A stretch of 64,000 nt of DNA, the filler included, from Rhabdomonas costata (taxonomy: Eukaryota): the NCBI GenBank assembly GCA_019059605.1. It is 28 parts of 28 records of this genome, joined end to end, with 100 filler letters (N's around TTAATTAATTAA, not from the genome) between each part and the next. Parts side by side here need not be neighbours in the genome. Positions count along the whole stretch, not along the records: positions 27,501 to 29,690 come from JAHMHO010004963.1; positions 29,791 to 31,981 come from JAHMHO010004964.1; positions 32,082 to 34,271 come from JAHMHO010004965.1; positions 34,372 to 36,561 come from JAHMHO010004966.1; positions 36,662 to 38,851 come from JAHMHO010004967.1; positions 38,952 to 41,141 come from JAHMHO010004968.1; 22 more parts are not named here. One strand, 5' to 3'. Shown here piece by piece: positions 27,580 to 38,964 of the stretch (its first letter is position 1; every line of letters starts with the position of its first letter). The notes under the pieces were generated by a model. It ran no database searches. It was not told the origin of the DNA and saw nothing but the letters and a program-made list of their open reading frames with translations. The position numbers were made by a program, and so were the translations under genes.

Positions 27580-27750
27580 CTGAAGAGTCCGTGTAGTTAT
27601 CGCGGTGACCGGCCTTTCATCGCCGGGAGGCTCCGCAGTTTGCGTGCTGAACCGCGACCCGCTCCGCAGGGGAAGAGAGAGGGACCACCCCAAACTCCGC
27701 CGCAGCGGCACACATGCCCACAGCACCCCCGAGGCAGCAGCCCGGTGCAT
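27580..27750 (-). CDS. First exon of a protein with a mitochondrial-presequence-like N-terminus
   Basis: Reads MHRAAASGVLWACVPLRRSLGWSLSLPLRSGSRFSTQTAEPPGDERPVTAITTRTLQ|gtcttg (57 codons). The first ~38 residues are R/S/L-rich and acid-free. Confidence 0.5.
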
Positions 27751-28686
27751 TCTCGGAGGGAAAAGGCCCAAAGCAGCCGAAGCTGAGTGGGTCTATGGGG
27801 GGCTGCGGACCCCAATACACTTCTGAGCCTAACGCTGAAAGATGCTCACCACTGCCCTCCCGTAGCTACGAGTACTCACCCCGCGGCTTCACAAAATGAA
27901 CCCGCACAAAGGTGCAAAGGAGGATTGAATCGAGAAAGTACAAAATGGAAGCACGCGCCCCGAAGCACAACGAAAGAAAAACGAGGACGACAACAGACAA
28001 CAGAAAAAAAAAGGATTGGGTTTCTGCGTACGGGAGGGCGGCGGTGGACAACAGCAATTTTATTGCAACTTCAGCGTTTGTCGAGAAAGCTAATCCATTC
28101 CAAAAGTGACAACCGGCCGAGTCAGCAGCCAATCCCTCTGCATCAAAGGAATCCGAATACTTGGAGGCCAGCAAACAAACAGACTTGTAGCTCCAAAGCA
28201 ATCGCTGTGGAGAAAAAAAACGTCGCCTACTCGGGCTCCAACAGTGTGTTTGTGGTTGTGTGTGTGTGTGTGTGTGCGTGTCTGACATTCTTGTAGGGAG
28301 CTTTGCCTAGCTAGTCGTCACTGCTCTGGTGCAACAGAACTAGCTGTAGTGGCAGCTACTTGCACAACCATTCTGGATCATCCGCAGACAGACACAGGGA
28401 ATAAGGTCGACAAAGGGCCCTTTGTCAGCATATGGGAGCATCACACCAAAAAAAAAAGACCCAAAGCCGCACAACATTTAACCCCCGAGCGCGCGGAGCA
28501 TGGGCAAAAATGACCCCAAGGGCGGTGTGATGAGGATCACAGGCCGCACACCCCACACCCCAAATATGGGGCTTCAGCAGTCAAAGACAGGCAATGCGCA
28601 TGTGCTGTACAACACAACGAGTCGCTCTTCTGCAACACATCGAGTTCGAATGACTGGGATACGAGGAAGATCTGAGGAAGGGGATC

Positions 28687-29621
28687 TCAGAAGATCCGTG
28701 GTCTCAGAGCCTGCCCAGGCTGTAGGGTGGGCTGCGCCTGCTGAGCCCGGATCACGGTGAGCTGCTGCAGAAGTCCGTCCAGCTCGAGCCGGAACCTCTC
28801 GATCTCATTGTTCTTGGCTTGAATCACAAGCTGAAGCTTCTGCTTTTCCACTCCTGCACCAAGAAGAGGGGGATTGTGCGTACATGTGTGTATGGCGGTT
28901 CTTTTGGAGTTTTGTGGCTAGGAACCCTCCAAAACTTGAGCTTGAGTCGAAATGGTGACAAAGATGGAAGTGTTGGACGTCCACCCAGCCGCTCCCCTCC
29001 CCTCTCCTCCCCTCCCTTGCTTCTAGATGAGCATCAAAAGCAAAAGGAATAAAGCCGATGAAGCGGGAAAGGCATCAGTGCCTATCCGTTTGGTGTAGAT
29101 GCGCTTGTTCCGTGTTCCCTGGAATCTTCCCAGACCATGAAAACCGATTTACAACTGCAATTGAGCACCCGATCATGCCGCTTTCCCCCATGCTTAGGTG
29201 GTGGCCGAAGGCAGTTTTTGGAGTGAAACCTGCCGGTGCGGTTGTCCACCTGACGACCCTTCAATTCGCGACTGTTTTGAACTGATCTTCATCAGATTAA
29301 GCTGATCCCGAGGCTGGTTCATCGATCAGATCAGAAGTAGTGGAGCGAGTCGAGTCTGAACTTCATTCCTATCAGCTTCCGCCGAAGAAAGGCAACAGCG
29401 ACGGCGCTCATGAGCCCTCTTTACCTGACGACAACCCCCCCCCGCATTCTGTTATTCCGGATTGCGAGGAAAAATAGAAAAAGGGGTAACGGGCGGGAGA
29501 GGGTACCGATCTCGAACTGGGCCATTCTGCGGGTCTCCTCGACGGCACGCCCCAGCTCCCTCTCCCGCACAGCGCAGCTCTGCTCCAGCGCGTACAGCCT
29601 GGCCGCCACCGCACTGAGGTA
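28687..29621 (-). CDS. CEP162: Centrosomal/transition-zone protein CEP162-like, last two exons (29507-29621, 28687-28853)
   Basis: The phase-1 splice gives LYALEQSCAVRERELGRAVEETRRMAQFEIGVEKQKLQLVIQAKNNEIERFRLELDGLLQQL...RIF*. This matches the CEP162 C-terminal motif as I recall it (KNxELExFRxELDxILxxL). Confidence 0.8.
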
Positions 29622-29986
29622 CTATGCAAACAGGCAGATGACACATCAACATCAAGAGAGAGAGATAGAGACAGAAGCACATGCATGACTNNNNNNNNNN
29701 NNNNNNNNNNNNNNNNNNNNNNNNNNNNNNNNNNTTAATTAATTAANNNNNNNNNNNNNNNNNNNNNNNNNNNNNNNNNNNNNNNNNNNNGGCCGGAATT
29801 CAAGGGGCGAGGCTTTCCACACCCATGGCGCCGTGTGCCGAACTGGCTTCTTGCGGACGGCGTCCATAACCAAACTGCCACACTTCCAATTGAAAACTCT
29901 GTTGCCAACTGTCACAAAGTGTCAATTGACACCTCTTCTCAAGTGCTGCCATCTTTATGCCGCACAAGTTGTTTTTTGCTACCACG

Positions 29987-31981
29987 TGTCACGTGTTGCG
30001 CTCTGGAACTTTAACAACCTTTTGTTACCACCTGTCGCAAAAAGCAGGTGGTACTTCGCTGCGTTCCCCGCACTGGTGAAGGAAACAAACCTCTGCTACC
30101 ACGTGTCAGTCGTCACGGCGGGCTCGGACCAATTACGTGGCTCTTGCGAATTCCCCGCGTAGCCCACTCGATCCGCTCCACTCCATGGTCCCTCCCGACA
30201 AAGATTTCGCTTTGTGAGCGCTGTCAACTCACCTAGGTGAGGAGACTTTATTTCCCACTGGTAGGCCTCGCTTTCGCTGAGGGCCGGGTAGAGCCTGACC
30301 GCAACCACTGCCAGCAGCTGCCCAAGCCTTTGGACTCTTCGTCGACGACTTTCGGTCGCTTCTCAAACACCTCTGAAGGTGAATTAACCACCATTGCTCC
30401 TCAACTAATCTTAATACACCAAACTCCACGACATCGCGCCGCGCCTCACCTCAAAGGGGACTTGGCCGCCTTCGCTTCGACACCAAACACTCGGAAGGGG
30501 ACTAAACCGCCTTTTCCTTTAAAACCTCACTTGATCGCGCACCTGCGCTTCGCACTTCTCCTGCGGACTCCGCCGCTGGGACTAATTCGTCGGGGGTGGT
30601 CTTCTGCCTTACCGCCTCGCTTCGCCAAACTCGGAGGGGGGACTTGAGGTGAAATGGGTGGCCTGTGGGCCAGTAGCAGTTGCAATGCTACTCTACCTCC
30701 AAAGTGTCCCCTAACCTCCTTCCGCTCTGGCTTCCGAAGTGAGCGGCGGCACAACCAGAAGAGATTACGAAGTATCGGGGAATAGCAGGGTTTCGTCCCT
30801 GTTGACTGTTGTCGTGTTTGCAAAGTACTCTGTTGTACTTCTACTGTCGTCGTCATTGCCAAGCACAGTGCCGTGCTACTGCTATTGTCGTGATGGTGCA
30901 GTGGATGTTGGAGTCATTGTGTTGCATTGCTATCGAGAAAGAAGTGGCCTTTAGCCGCAGCAAAAGAAAGAAAAAGAAGAGGAAGTTGCATTGTGATTGG
31001 TTGCAGCGGATGGAGAAAGGTATCACATTGCATTGGATTGAAGAAGAATTGACTTAGAATACAAAGTTTGCATTGTGGGCAGTAGGAAAAGCTGAGCCGT
31101 TGAGTGATCGGACATCGGTTGTGGAGTACACCTCCGTCCAAGCAGTGGAGGGTGTAACGGCTCAGGACAGTTATGTATCACGTTTGCAAGAAAAGTGGTT
31201 TCGTGACAGCTAAGTGGTTTTGAAATAGATTCCGTAAGGGAATGTTGAGCTCAAGCGGGCTTTACCGGCTCTGTGTCTTTGTACAGAACAGCAGTTGCAT
31301 TGACTGAAAGACAGCTTAAAGCTGAACTGTTGCAGATGTTGTAAGAGAGCAGAGAAAATCAGTGAAATCTCAGGAGATCAGTGAGGTGCCGATATGAAGT
31401 GTTCTCAAGTTGAGAGCAGAAGCGTTGAAGCTCAAGAGCTTAGGCTTTCAAAAAAGTTGCAATGAAAGAGGAAGACCTTTGTGAGGAGCTGACCTTTTAG
31501 AGGAGAAAAGTGCGTGGAAAGGCGAGCGCCGAAGAGAAAGAAGAAAGTGCAGAGCGCAGGTGTCGATGACGACCTGGCTTCAGGACGCTGTTGACGAGCA
31601 AGCTGGGGAGGAAGAGTTTGACGAGTAGCGGCGGGCCTTGTCGAGAAGAATTGCGCGAGGAGCCATGGGAGCCATCCCGGAGGGCAGGGCATGGCAGCGT
31701 AACGAGGAGAAGCAGAGAGTGCATGTTGAGGCCGCGAGGCCCCGGCCAGCAGCGCCCACCCAAGCGGGAGGCCAAGGCGGAGCCAACTCTGCGATGAGGC
31801 CGCCACAGGCCGAGGTCAGCGCAAAGGAAAAAGAAGGGAAGAAGAGAAGAGAAGCCGAGAAGGCAAGTTGCAGGACGAAGTTTGTGAAGAGTCTCGTTGC
31901 TGAGTCGAAAGAGGAGAAGTTAGAAGAGCAATGCGGGAGACCGAGGGGGGAGTTTTGGTACCAAGTGAAGCCCCCCACCCC
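29987..31981 (+). mobile_element. Possible 5' LTR plus gag start of an LTR retrotransposon
   Basis: TGTCACG (29987) and CGTGACA (31202-31208) form a 7-bp inverted pair like LTR termini. A purine-rich, intronless K/E/R-rich ORF follows and ends at the contig edge in VKPPT, resembling Ty3 gag KPxxF. No PBS or second LTR is visible. Confidence 0.35.
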
Positions 31982-33086
31982 NNNNNNNNNNNNNNNNNNN
32001 NNNNNNNNNNNNNNNNNNNNNNNNNTTAATTAATTAANNNNNNNNNNNNNNNNNNNNNNNNNNNNNNNNNNNNNNNNNNNNGTGTTGGGTGTGTGTGGGG
32101 GTTTTTGTCATATCTCCGTTGTTTGACGCCCTTTTTGCTTTGCCCTTTTTCATGTTTGCGCGGGAGGGGCTGCCCGCCTGCGTTTAGGGTTACTTCCCTT
32201 CAATCCACTTCCCAATCTTTTTTCCTTGTGGTTCCGCGAGGAGCCAGGCAGCCCTGCACACAAATGGTGTCTGCGGAGTCGGTATCTTAGCGGCGCACTT
32301 CCCCTCCCTTCGTGCTTCTCACCCTTGTCCTCGTTTCTCAGCCTTTCCCGCCCCTGACTGCTGTTCCACGGTCTCCACGGTGGCGGCTCATAGGCTGATC
32401 CAGAAGGCTGTCGGTTGGATAGTTTTGGTTAGTTGAATTGTTTTCAAAAAAGACAGGTGGGTTCTAAAGTTTCAATGTGGTTGGCAATGCAAGGAAGCTA
32501 GCCTGGCGCCTTCGCGTTCAGGTTAGGCTTAAGGGGCTGCGATGAATCCGAGGAAAGGTGGTAGGGACGCGGATTGGTTTTGAGGGGTTTCCATCCCGGT
32601 TTGTGATCGTTCAATTATTACTATAGGTGAGAGGGTGGTCAACGTCCCTTGTCTCATGAATGACGCTCACACACTTTAGCCAAGCATGGGTAGGAACCGA
32701 ATGGTTATGTGTACTGGCATGCACCCACAGGATCGGTTCTTCGTTTCAGAGGAACATATGTCTTTCTCTCCTTAGAGAACAGATTTCTCTCTGATCCGAT
32801 GTCAGAAATTCATGTTCGCATTGGCAGCGACGGGAGTCGAATCACTACTGGGTAATGTTGTGCATGACATCACGCTTTAAAACATAGAATTTTTGTTTGG
32901 GCAGCAAGCTCAGGCCGTTCCCCAAGATCGGCCAAACGAGCCACCGAGAGTGGGGTCACCGGGGCTGGAAAATAGGCGATAGAAGTAGTGGCACTCCGCG
33001 GCCAGCAGCGCGGAGTTTACTGGAAAAAGGCGCGGCGAGAGGGGGGCACCACCCTCCACAGTGTCACTCCGACTTTCTCCCGGCAG

Positions 33087-33189
33087 ACCTGGCAGAACGG
33101 CAACAACGCGGTCGCACAGCACGGGCGAGGGGTTGAGAAAGAGTTTCTGCACAGCGGGACGGGTGTCCTCTGGCAGGGCCTGGAAACCA
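33087..33189 (+). CDS. Probable isolated internal exon
   Basis: ctttctcccggcag|TWQNGNNAVAQHGRGVEKEFLHSGTGVLWQGLET-A|gtacgt. Confidence 0.4.
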
Positions 33190-34632
33190 GTACGTTCCAC
33201 CATGGATATGGATCCTCAGCTACTCCGCCAGCTCCAAATTTTAAAGAACTTCAAGAAACTGCGAACAAGAGAAAATTGTCGGAAGAAGCGCGCACCAGAA
33301 TACTACCGGTGATGCGGGAGCAAGGGAGTGATTCTGGACTCTTACCGCAAGTTGTCATTCGACACAGGCGGTTAACAGAGTAACATGTAAGAATATAAGA
33401 AATATAGAACCATCGTGCCAACGTGCGATATCACGCACATTCAACTTTCGTGAGCAAGTCCTGTTTGCACTGTTCGGATCACAAGATATATCACTAAACA
33501 CCAACAATCACTACTATCCTTCCCCACAACCTCAATGTTTTTCTTTGATCCTGCATAAGATTTTCTAATCACAACGATGCCCCCCCCGGAAATTCCCCTC
33601 GGCTCCCGAAATAAACCTTCATCAGCAGGTCTTGCGCGGAACCCAAAATGACCTGTACTCCTGTACTTGCTGTTTATAATGTGACATTCTTATCTTCTCC
33701 CAGTCAGAAAAAAGAAATATGTGCTATGCATTCATCCGCCTGTCTCTCCGACGGTAAGGGCGACATTACAGCTCAACATCGAGTGACCGCGGTGATGGTG
33801 GCTGCGGCATGGAGGTAACTGACGATGCGACGTCATTCGCCTTTGGATAATTCGCTGCGATGTATCCCCAGCACAGCGCTCAGGCGTGGCAGACCAACTA
33901 CTACAGCCCCGCAAAGGGCGGGCTCGCGATCCATAGAGGAGGGGCACAGTGCCGCGGAGAGCGCCTTGGAATTGTCGAGGTCGCAGTGGCGAGGAACCTT
34001 TGCTCCTGAGATAATTGAGGAAAGGCATTCATGCGGACAAGAGGGATAGCAAACCATATATTTTCCCAAGTATGCTGAAGTGTAATTCATGTGTCAACAA
34101 AATGGGTCACCGCAGACATTGCATTTCACCAAAATTCTGGGTCTCAGATATTTGATTAAAAAAAGCATTTTTGAACCTTTCTATCACTCTTTCTCTTTAG
34201 GGGGGGATTGCGGCTGTTGAAAACCTGAACAACGTCCACCTGGCGCATGGAGTGGGGCCAGCCCAAAACCCNNNNNNNNNNNNNNNNNNNNNNNNNNNNN
34301 NNNNNNNNNNNNNNNTTAATTAATTAANNNNNNNNNNNNNNNNNNNNNNNNNNNNNNNNNNNNNNNNNNNNGTGGTTTTGTCCCCCCCCCCCCCGAATTT
34401 TTCGGGGTTATTTTAATGCTTTGACTTTGAAACAATGAAACAATGAACAAGATACAGAAAGCAAAAAAAAGAAAAAAGAGTGTTGTACCTCGCTATTCAC
34501 ATGCCCCAGATCCTGGGTGCTTTATCTCAAGACATGGGCGGGGGGTAGACATTTTGGCGGACAAAGTGCCTGTAATCCAACTCCACCCTCACCATCACCG
34601 CAAAATTTCCAGTGCACAAAAAGGATCCGCAG

Positions 34633-36550
34633 TCAGGGTGGGCGGCACACGGCATTGAGCGGCACACTTCGGCCCTTATCAACATCCCAAAAAGTAAAGT
34701 TGGGGTTCCATCTGGCCCTTCGCAAGAAAGCTCTCCGGCATGCAGGCAACAGCTTCCGCTTGGAGTACCCGTTGAAGTGCACAAACACAGGTGTCGTTCC
34801 TGGTAGGTTGAGAAAAATAGTCCACAAGTCCAAACACGGTACCTACCTACCCAGCTCCGAATCCATGGATGTCCGATTGTCAGTTTGTTTGATTGCGCAA
34901 CGAGTTGGAAGTGGGGACCTCTGGGCCCAGTTCACAGATCATCATATTCATAGTTCATCATATTGCAGAGAAGCAAAACAACCTCCGGACGAAAACACAC
35001 TGTAAAATAAAACACAATTGTAAAAAGCAGTACCGGTTCTCGCAAGGCGCGGTGATTCGCACCGAGAAGCCCTGGAGTAGGACCGGCATATTTCAGGAGC
35101 CGTCTCGTTGACACCTCGGGCGGAGCGCTTGCCCTGCCGGCGCATTAAAGCCGCTGAGCGAAAAACGTTCGCCGTAAGGAAAAGCTCTGCACCATAATCC
35201 ACCCCGGCGAACGCCGGGTTCTCGAGCAATATCAGTGACATTATTGCCTGCAAAAAGAATTGAAGGTGATTATTGGAAGATCACGCGCACGCCAAGCCAG
35301 GACTAAAAGCCACCTGATCGTCAGCTTCTCGACGATGCAGCCGAGCAAAATCAAAAAGTTGTCTGAGATGTTTGTACCTTCCAGCGTAAAGCCCTGTGAA
35401 GAAAGAATCAAGCTCTGCGCCGCACACACTGTGTAATATGAGTTATTTTGGCCAGTTGGGTTCGTGTGTTTGTAAAAACGGTGCGGAGTTTTCCGGTCCC
35501 CAGCAGTTGGAGCTATGTCCACTGTGTATGTAAACTGTTTACCGTGACCCCAAATTTTCTTTGCTCCTGTCGCATACTTGAAGCTGTTTTATGTTTACGC
35601 GGTACTTGTCTGAAGTTCGTGGTCCGTCCCTCCCTCCCTGATGATAGCCTTCGCCATCGTCTTTCAACGTTATTAAACGGTACAACGCCGTTACAAGGTG
35701 AACGTAAGTTACAAGGTGTTCTTATAACGTATATTATCGGCGTTATACGGCTGGACGGCCACGGGCGCCTGGCCGCTAACACAATCTCTGCTTTTTCCCC
35801 TTCCTTGAATCTTCGTCCTCGAACTCGGACCACCCTGCTCGTTTCCCTTATTAACATTTGCTAACCGCCGATAGCAAATGTTAATAAGGACTAACCCACC
35901 ACCTGCCTCAGGCTTCAAAATGGGTTCAAACAAACCCATGACGAAAAGAAATCATCACTGCAAACATAATGATTGTATTTTGCCATTCATTCATCAATCC
36001 AAAGTCCGGCGCACACAACAGGAACACAATTCAAAGGAGAGGGGACAATGGTTTTAAAGGTCAGCTCGAAAAGCACGTTAATTCCATCGTGTTCACAGTG
36101 ATATCTAAAACTTTCATGCTCCTCAAAACGTTAACCGGATACGACCGGCAAATGTAGATGTTCCAAATTTGTTGCGAATAACACACAAGAATAGACCCCA
36201 GAAAAAGTGTTGATAGAAACGCTGGGAGGGGGGGGAACGGGCCAGAGCCGGGACCAGAAGGCTTGAATTTGAAAACGGCAGAAAAATGGGGTGGAACAGT
36301 ACGTCTTGCGCCGCCTAGAAAACTTCTGGAATGTCTGATTGTCAACACTGTGCAGGGGAATTTGTTCCACTTGCCCCGAGCAAACAAGGAAAATAAAAAT
36401 GAGGGAAGCACAAAAGAAGAGCACACCTGAGTTTAGGAAATTGTAAATGGAGGACTTTGCGGTTCTATTCGCAGAGAGTGCAGTCAAGGCAGCACAAACA
36501 TCAGCCGAATTATTCCAACGGAGGGAGCCTCCAGGAGCTGGTCGGTAATT
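34633..36550 (-). CDS. PLOD/LH3-type glycosyltransferase domain protein, last four exons (36427-~36550, 35314-35393, 35034-35247, 34633-34799)
   Basis: All three introns are GT-AG and phase-consistent. The spliced product carries YNFLNSGLYAGR, DDQAIMSLILL, VDYGAELFLT and TPVFVHFNGYSK, the motif series of the PLOD GT domain (FLNSGxxxG, DDQ, LDxxxxLF, PxxxHGNG). It ends at a stop with no oxygenase domain. Confidence 0.85.
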
Positions 36551-38519
36551 CCCACCACAACNNNNNNNNNNNNNNNNNNNNNNNNNNNNNNNNNNNNNNN
36601 NNNNNTTAATTAATTAANNNNNNNNNNNNNNNNNNNNNNNNNNNNNNNNNNNNNNNNNNNNGTTTTGTGCACCAATGTTCATCCAAGCTCAGTGATTATG
36701 AGCCAGGGTTGCAACGACCTTGAAACTGACAGGATAAAAGCCCTTCCTTGGTACCGTGAGGTTCAAGCGAGTGAAAAAAAAAAGGTGAGAGCCTCTGCTT
36801 ATTTTTTGAAAGGGGGCTTTTTGTCTTTTTCTTAGAGCTCGCTTTGGGTCGTCGCACCCCCGGTCCTTATTCACTGCGAGCATGATTAGAGCACCTGTAA
36901 TAAAAGCCTCTTAACTTTTTTTCCTATTTTTTTTTGCTTCTGGGTCAAGGACGAGTGACAGCTGCTTTGACTGGCCGCTTTCGGTGGGTGACGCGGTCAT
37001 TGCACCGAACTGCTTCAAATTGACAGAGAATGCATTTTTGGTAGTTTGGTGCGCTTGCAGAGGCTTCACTAAGTCCGGCAGAACTCTTGTCTGGCGGACT
37101 GGACATGTGTCTGTTGTTTGCTCTGCTGAGTAAAAGCTAAACAAGAGACCCCACTCATCCTTTTTACTTAATTTCCCCCCCTTTTTTTACTTCAATTTTT
37201 GGTTGAAGGTACCTCCGTTCGTTTCGTTTGGGAAAGATACGACCTGATCTCGAGTGCTAAATGCTCATTCTTGTACTTCTGTTTTCCCACCCCGCCGCAC
37301 TGTGCCTCAGCCCTCGGTAAAATGGCATCATCTCACCATTACAGGTATCACCATTGCTTCATGGTTACGCTTGGCATCATCCTGGCACTTCACTACATCT
37401 TCCATTCTACCTGGGTTCATGCAGTGGGTTCAGGGTTGGGAATCGGCATCAGCGTCAACCTTACGCCCTTCACCTTGCCTGAGTGTGGTTGTCAACTATT
37501 ACCCTTGGTCTAGCGTTGGAGTAGCGGTCATGTCATACCGTACGCCTTGCCTTCCATCGGTAGGGTTGACATCAAACACCATGACACCCGGAGCATGGTT
37601 CCTATGAAGCGTTGATGCTGTGAGTGTGAGTGACTGATGCATCCACACCATCATGTCAATCTCGGCGACCTACACTACGGCACTTCCACCATCAGGCATC
37701 ACACCGATAGGCACCTACCAGGATCAACCATGCCCTGACCACCAGATGGCATCAACAGCATCGACACCCTCAGCATACCAACATGCTAACCTTATGCGCG
37801 GTATTACACGGTGTGTTACGCCCATACCACTACAGGGGTTAGATGCTGATACCACTGTAGGTGCCAACATTAACATAACCACCGTCATAGAAATAGTGCT
37901 TCGGGTGTAGGGATCAGCGTTGCACTGTCACTACCCTTACGCTCTGCTCCTACACTTCAACATATATACGTTTACAACTACTACTATGGAAGCATACCAC
38001 AGGTTGGTCATACCCACGCGTACATTGTGGCGTAGTGTCTCTAGTCGTAAAGGGCCATGTGAAGTGTGCCGACCTGTGGTTTGCGTCAATGGCTCGCCAC
38101 TTACCACTTGGTTTAAGGTCAGAACCTACGCTTGAGAAATCTGTGACGTTCAAGTGTAGCCTTCGTCTCGCCATCTCCAAGTAGCCTTCTACTTGCTTAC
38201 TTTATCGTTGCCTCATGTTCGCGGGGACGTCTGGATTCTAGCCTACCAGTTCCATTCGCATGCATGGGTCGTAGTTCAACACAGTAGGAATCACGGCTCT
38301 CACATGTGGTTCTCACATGCTTCCAGCGTAGCGGTGGGTTCACGTGTCCGTAGAGAGGTGATTTCAATCATGTTATCAGCTGGAGACTTGCAAATGCGCA
38401 AAGTCATGAAAAGGTGCAGGTAAGACGTCCTGATATGCACTGATATGCCTAGTTGTAAAAAAAGGCCTCAATTCTTTGCTGGTAGTTTACTCGCATACGC
38501 TTGTATAATCCATACATCT

Positions 38520-38850
38520 AAGAACACCGAATACAGAACACCTAATACAGAAGACCTGAACTCAGAATACCGAACTCAGAACCCCACCAGCAACTGCAGC
38601 ACATGCACTAGACACAGAACACAGAAACCCAACTCAGAACCAACCACTCCGAACTCCGAACTCTAAACCCCGAAAGCCAAGACCTCTATCTCACTCGAGC
38701 CCAGAGGCAATAACCCAACTCGGAAACGAAGGCAAGAATCCGACACCAAACCAAACTCAGAACCCGAAATCATGAAGGCAGAAACCAAGGAACCCAGAAT
38801 ACCGACACCATGAATTTCATGAACACAACTCCAACCATGGAACCACAAAC
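38520..38850. repeat. Degenerate ~7-bp tandem repeat (C[AC]GAA[CT][ACT]-like)
   Basis: agaacac cgaatac agaacac ctaatac agaagac ... cgaactc agaaccc repeated with decay over ~330 nt. Confidence 0.75.
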
Positions 38851-38964
38851 CNNNNNNNNNNNNNNNNNNNNNNNNNNNNNNNNNNNNNNNNNNNNTTAAT
38901 TAATTAANNNNNNNNNNNNNNNNNNNNNNNNNNNNNNNNNNNNNNNNNNNNGGGTTTGTGGTTC

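Noticed and set aside
35513-35857. ORF inside the glycosyltransferase intron as a transposase fragment
   Set aside because: No recognisable DDE motif or terminal repeats.
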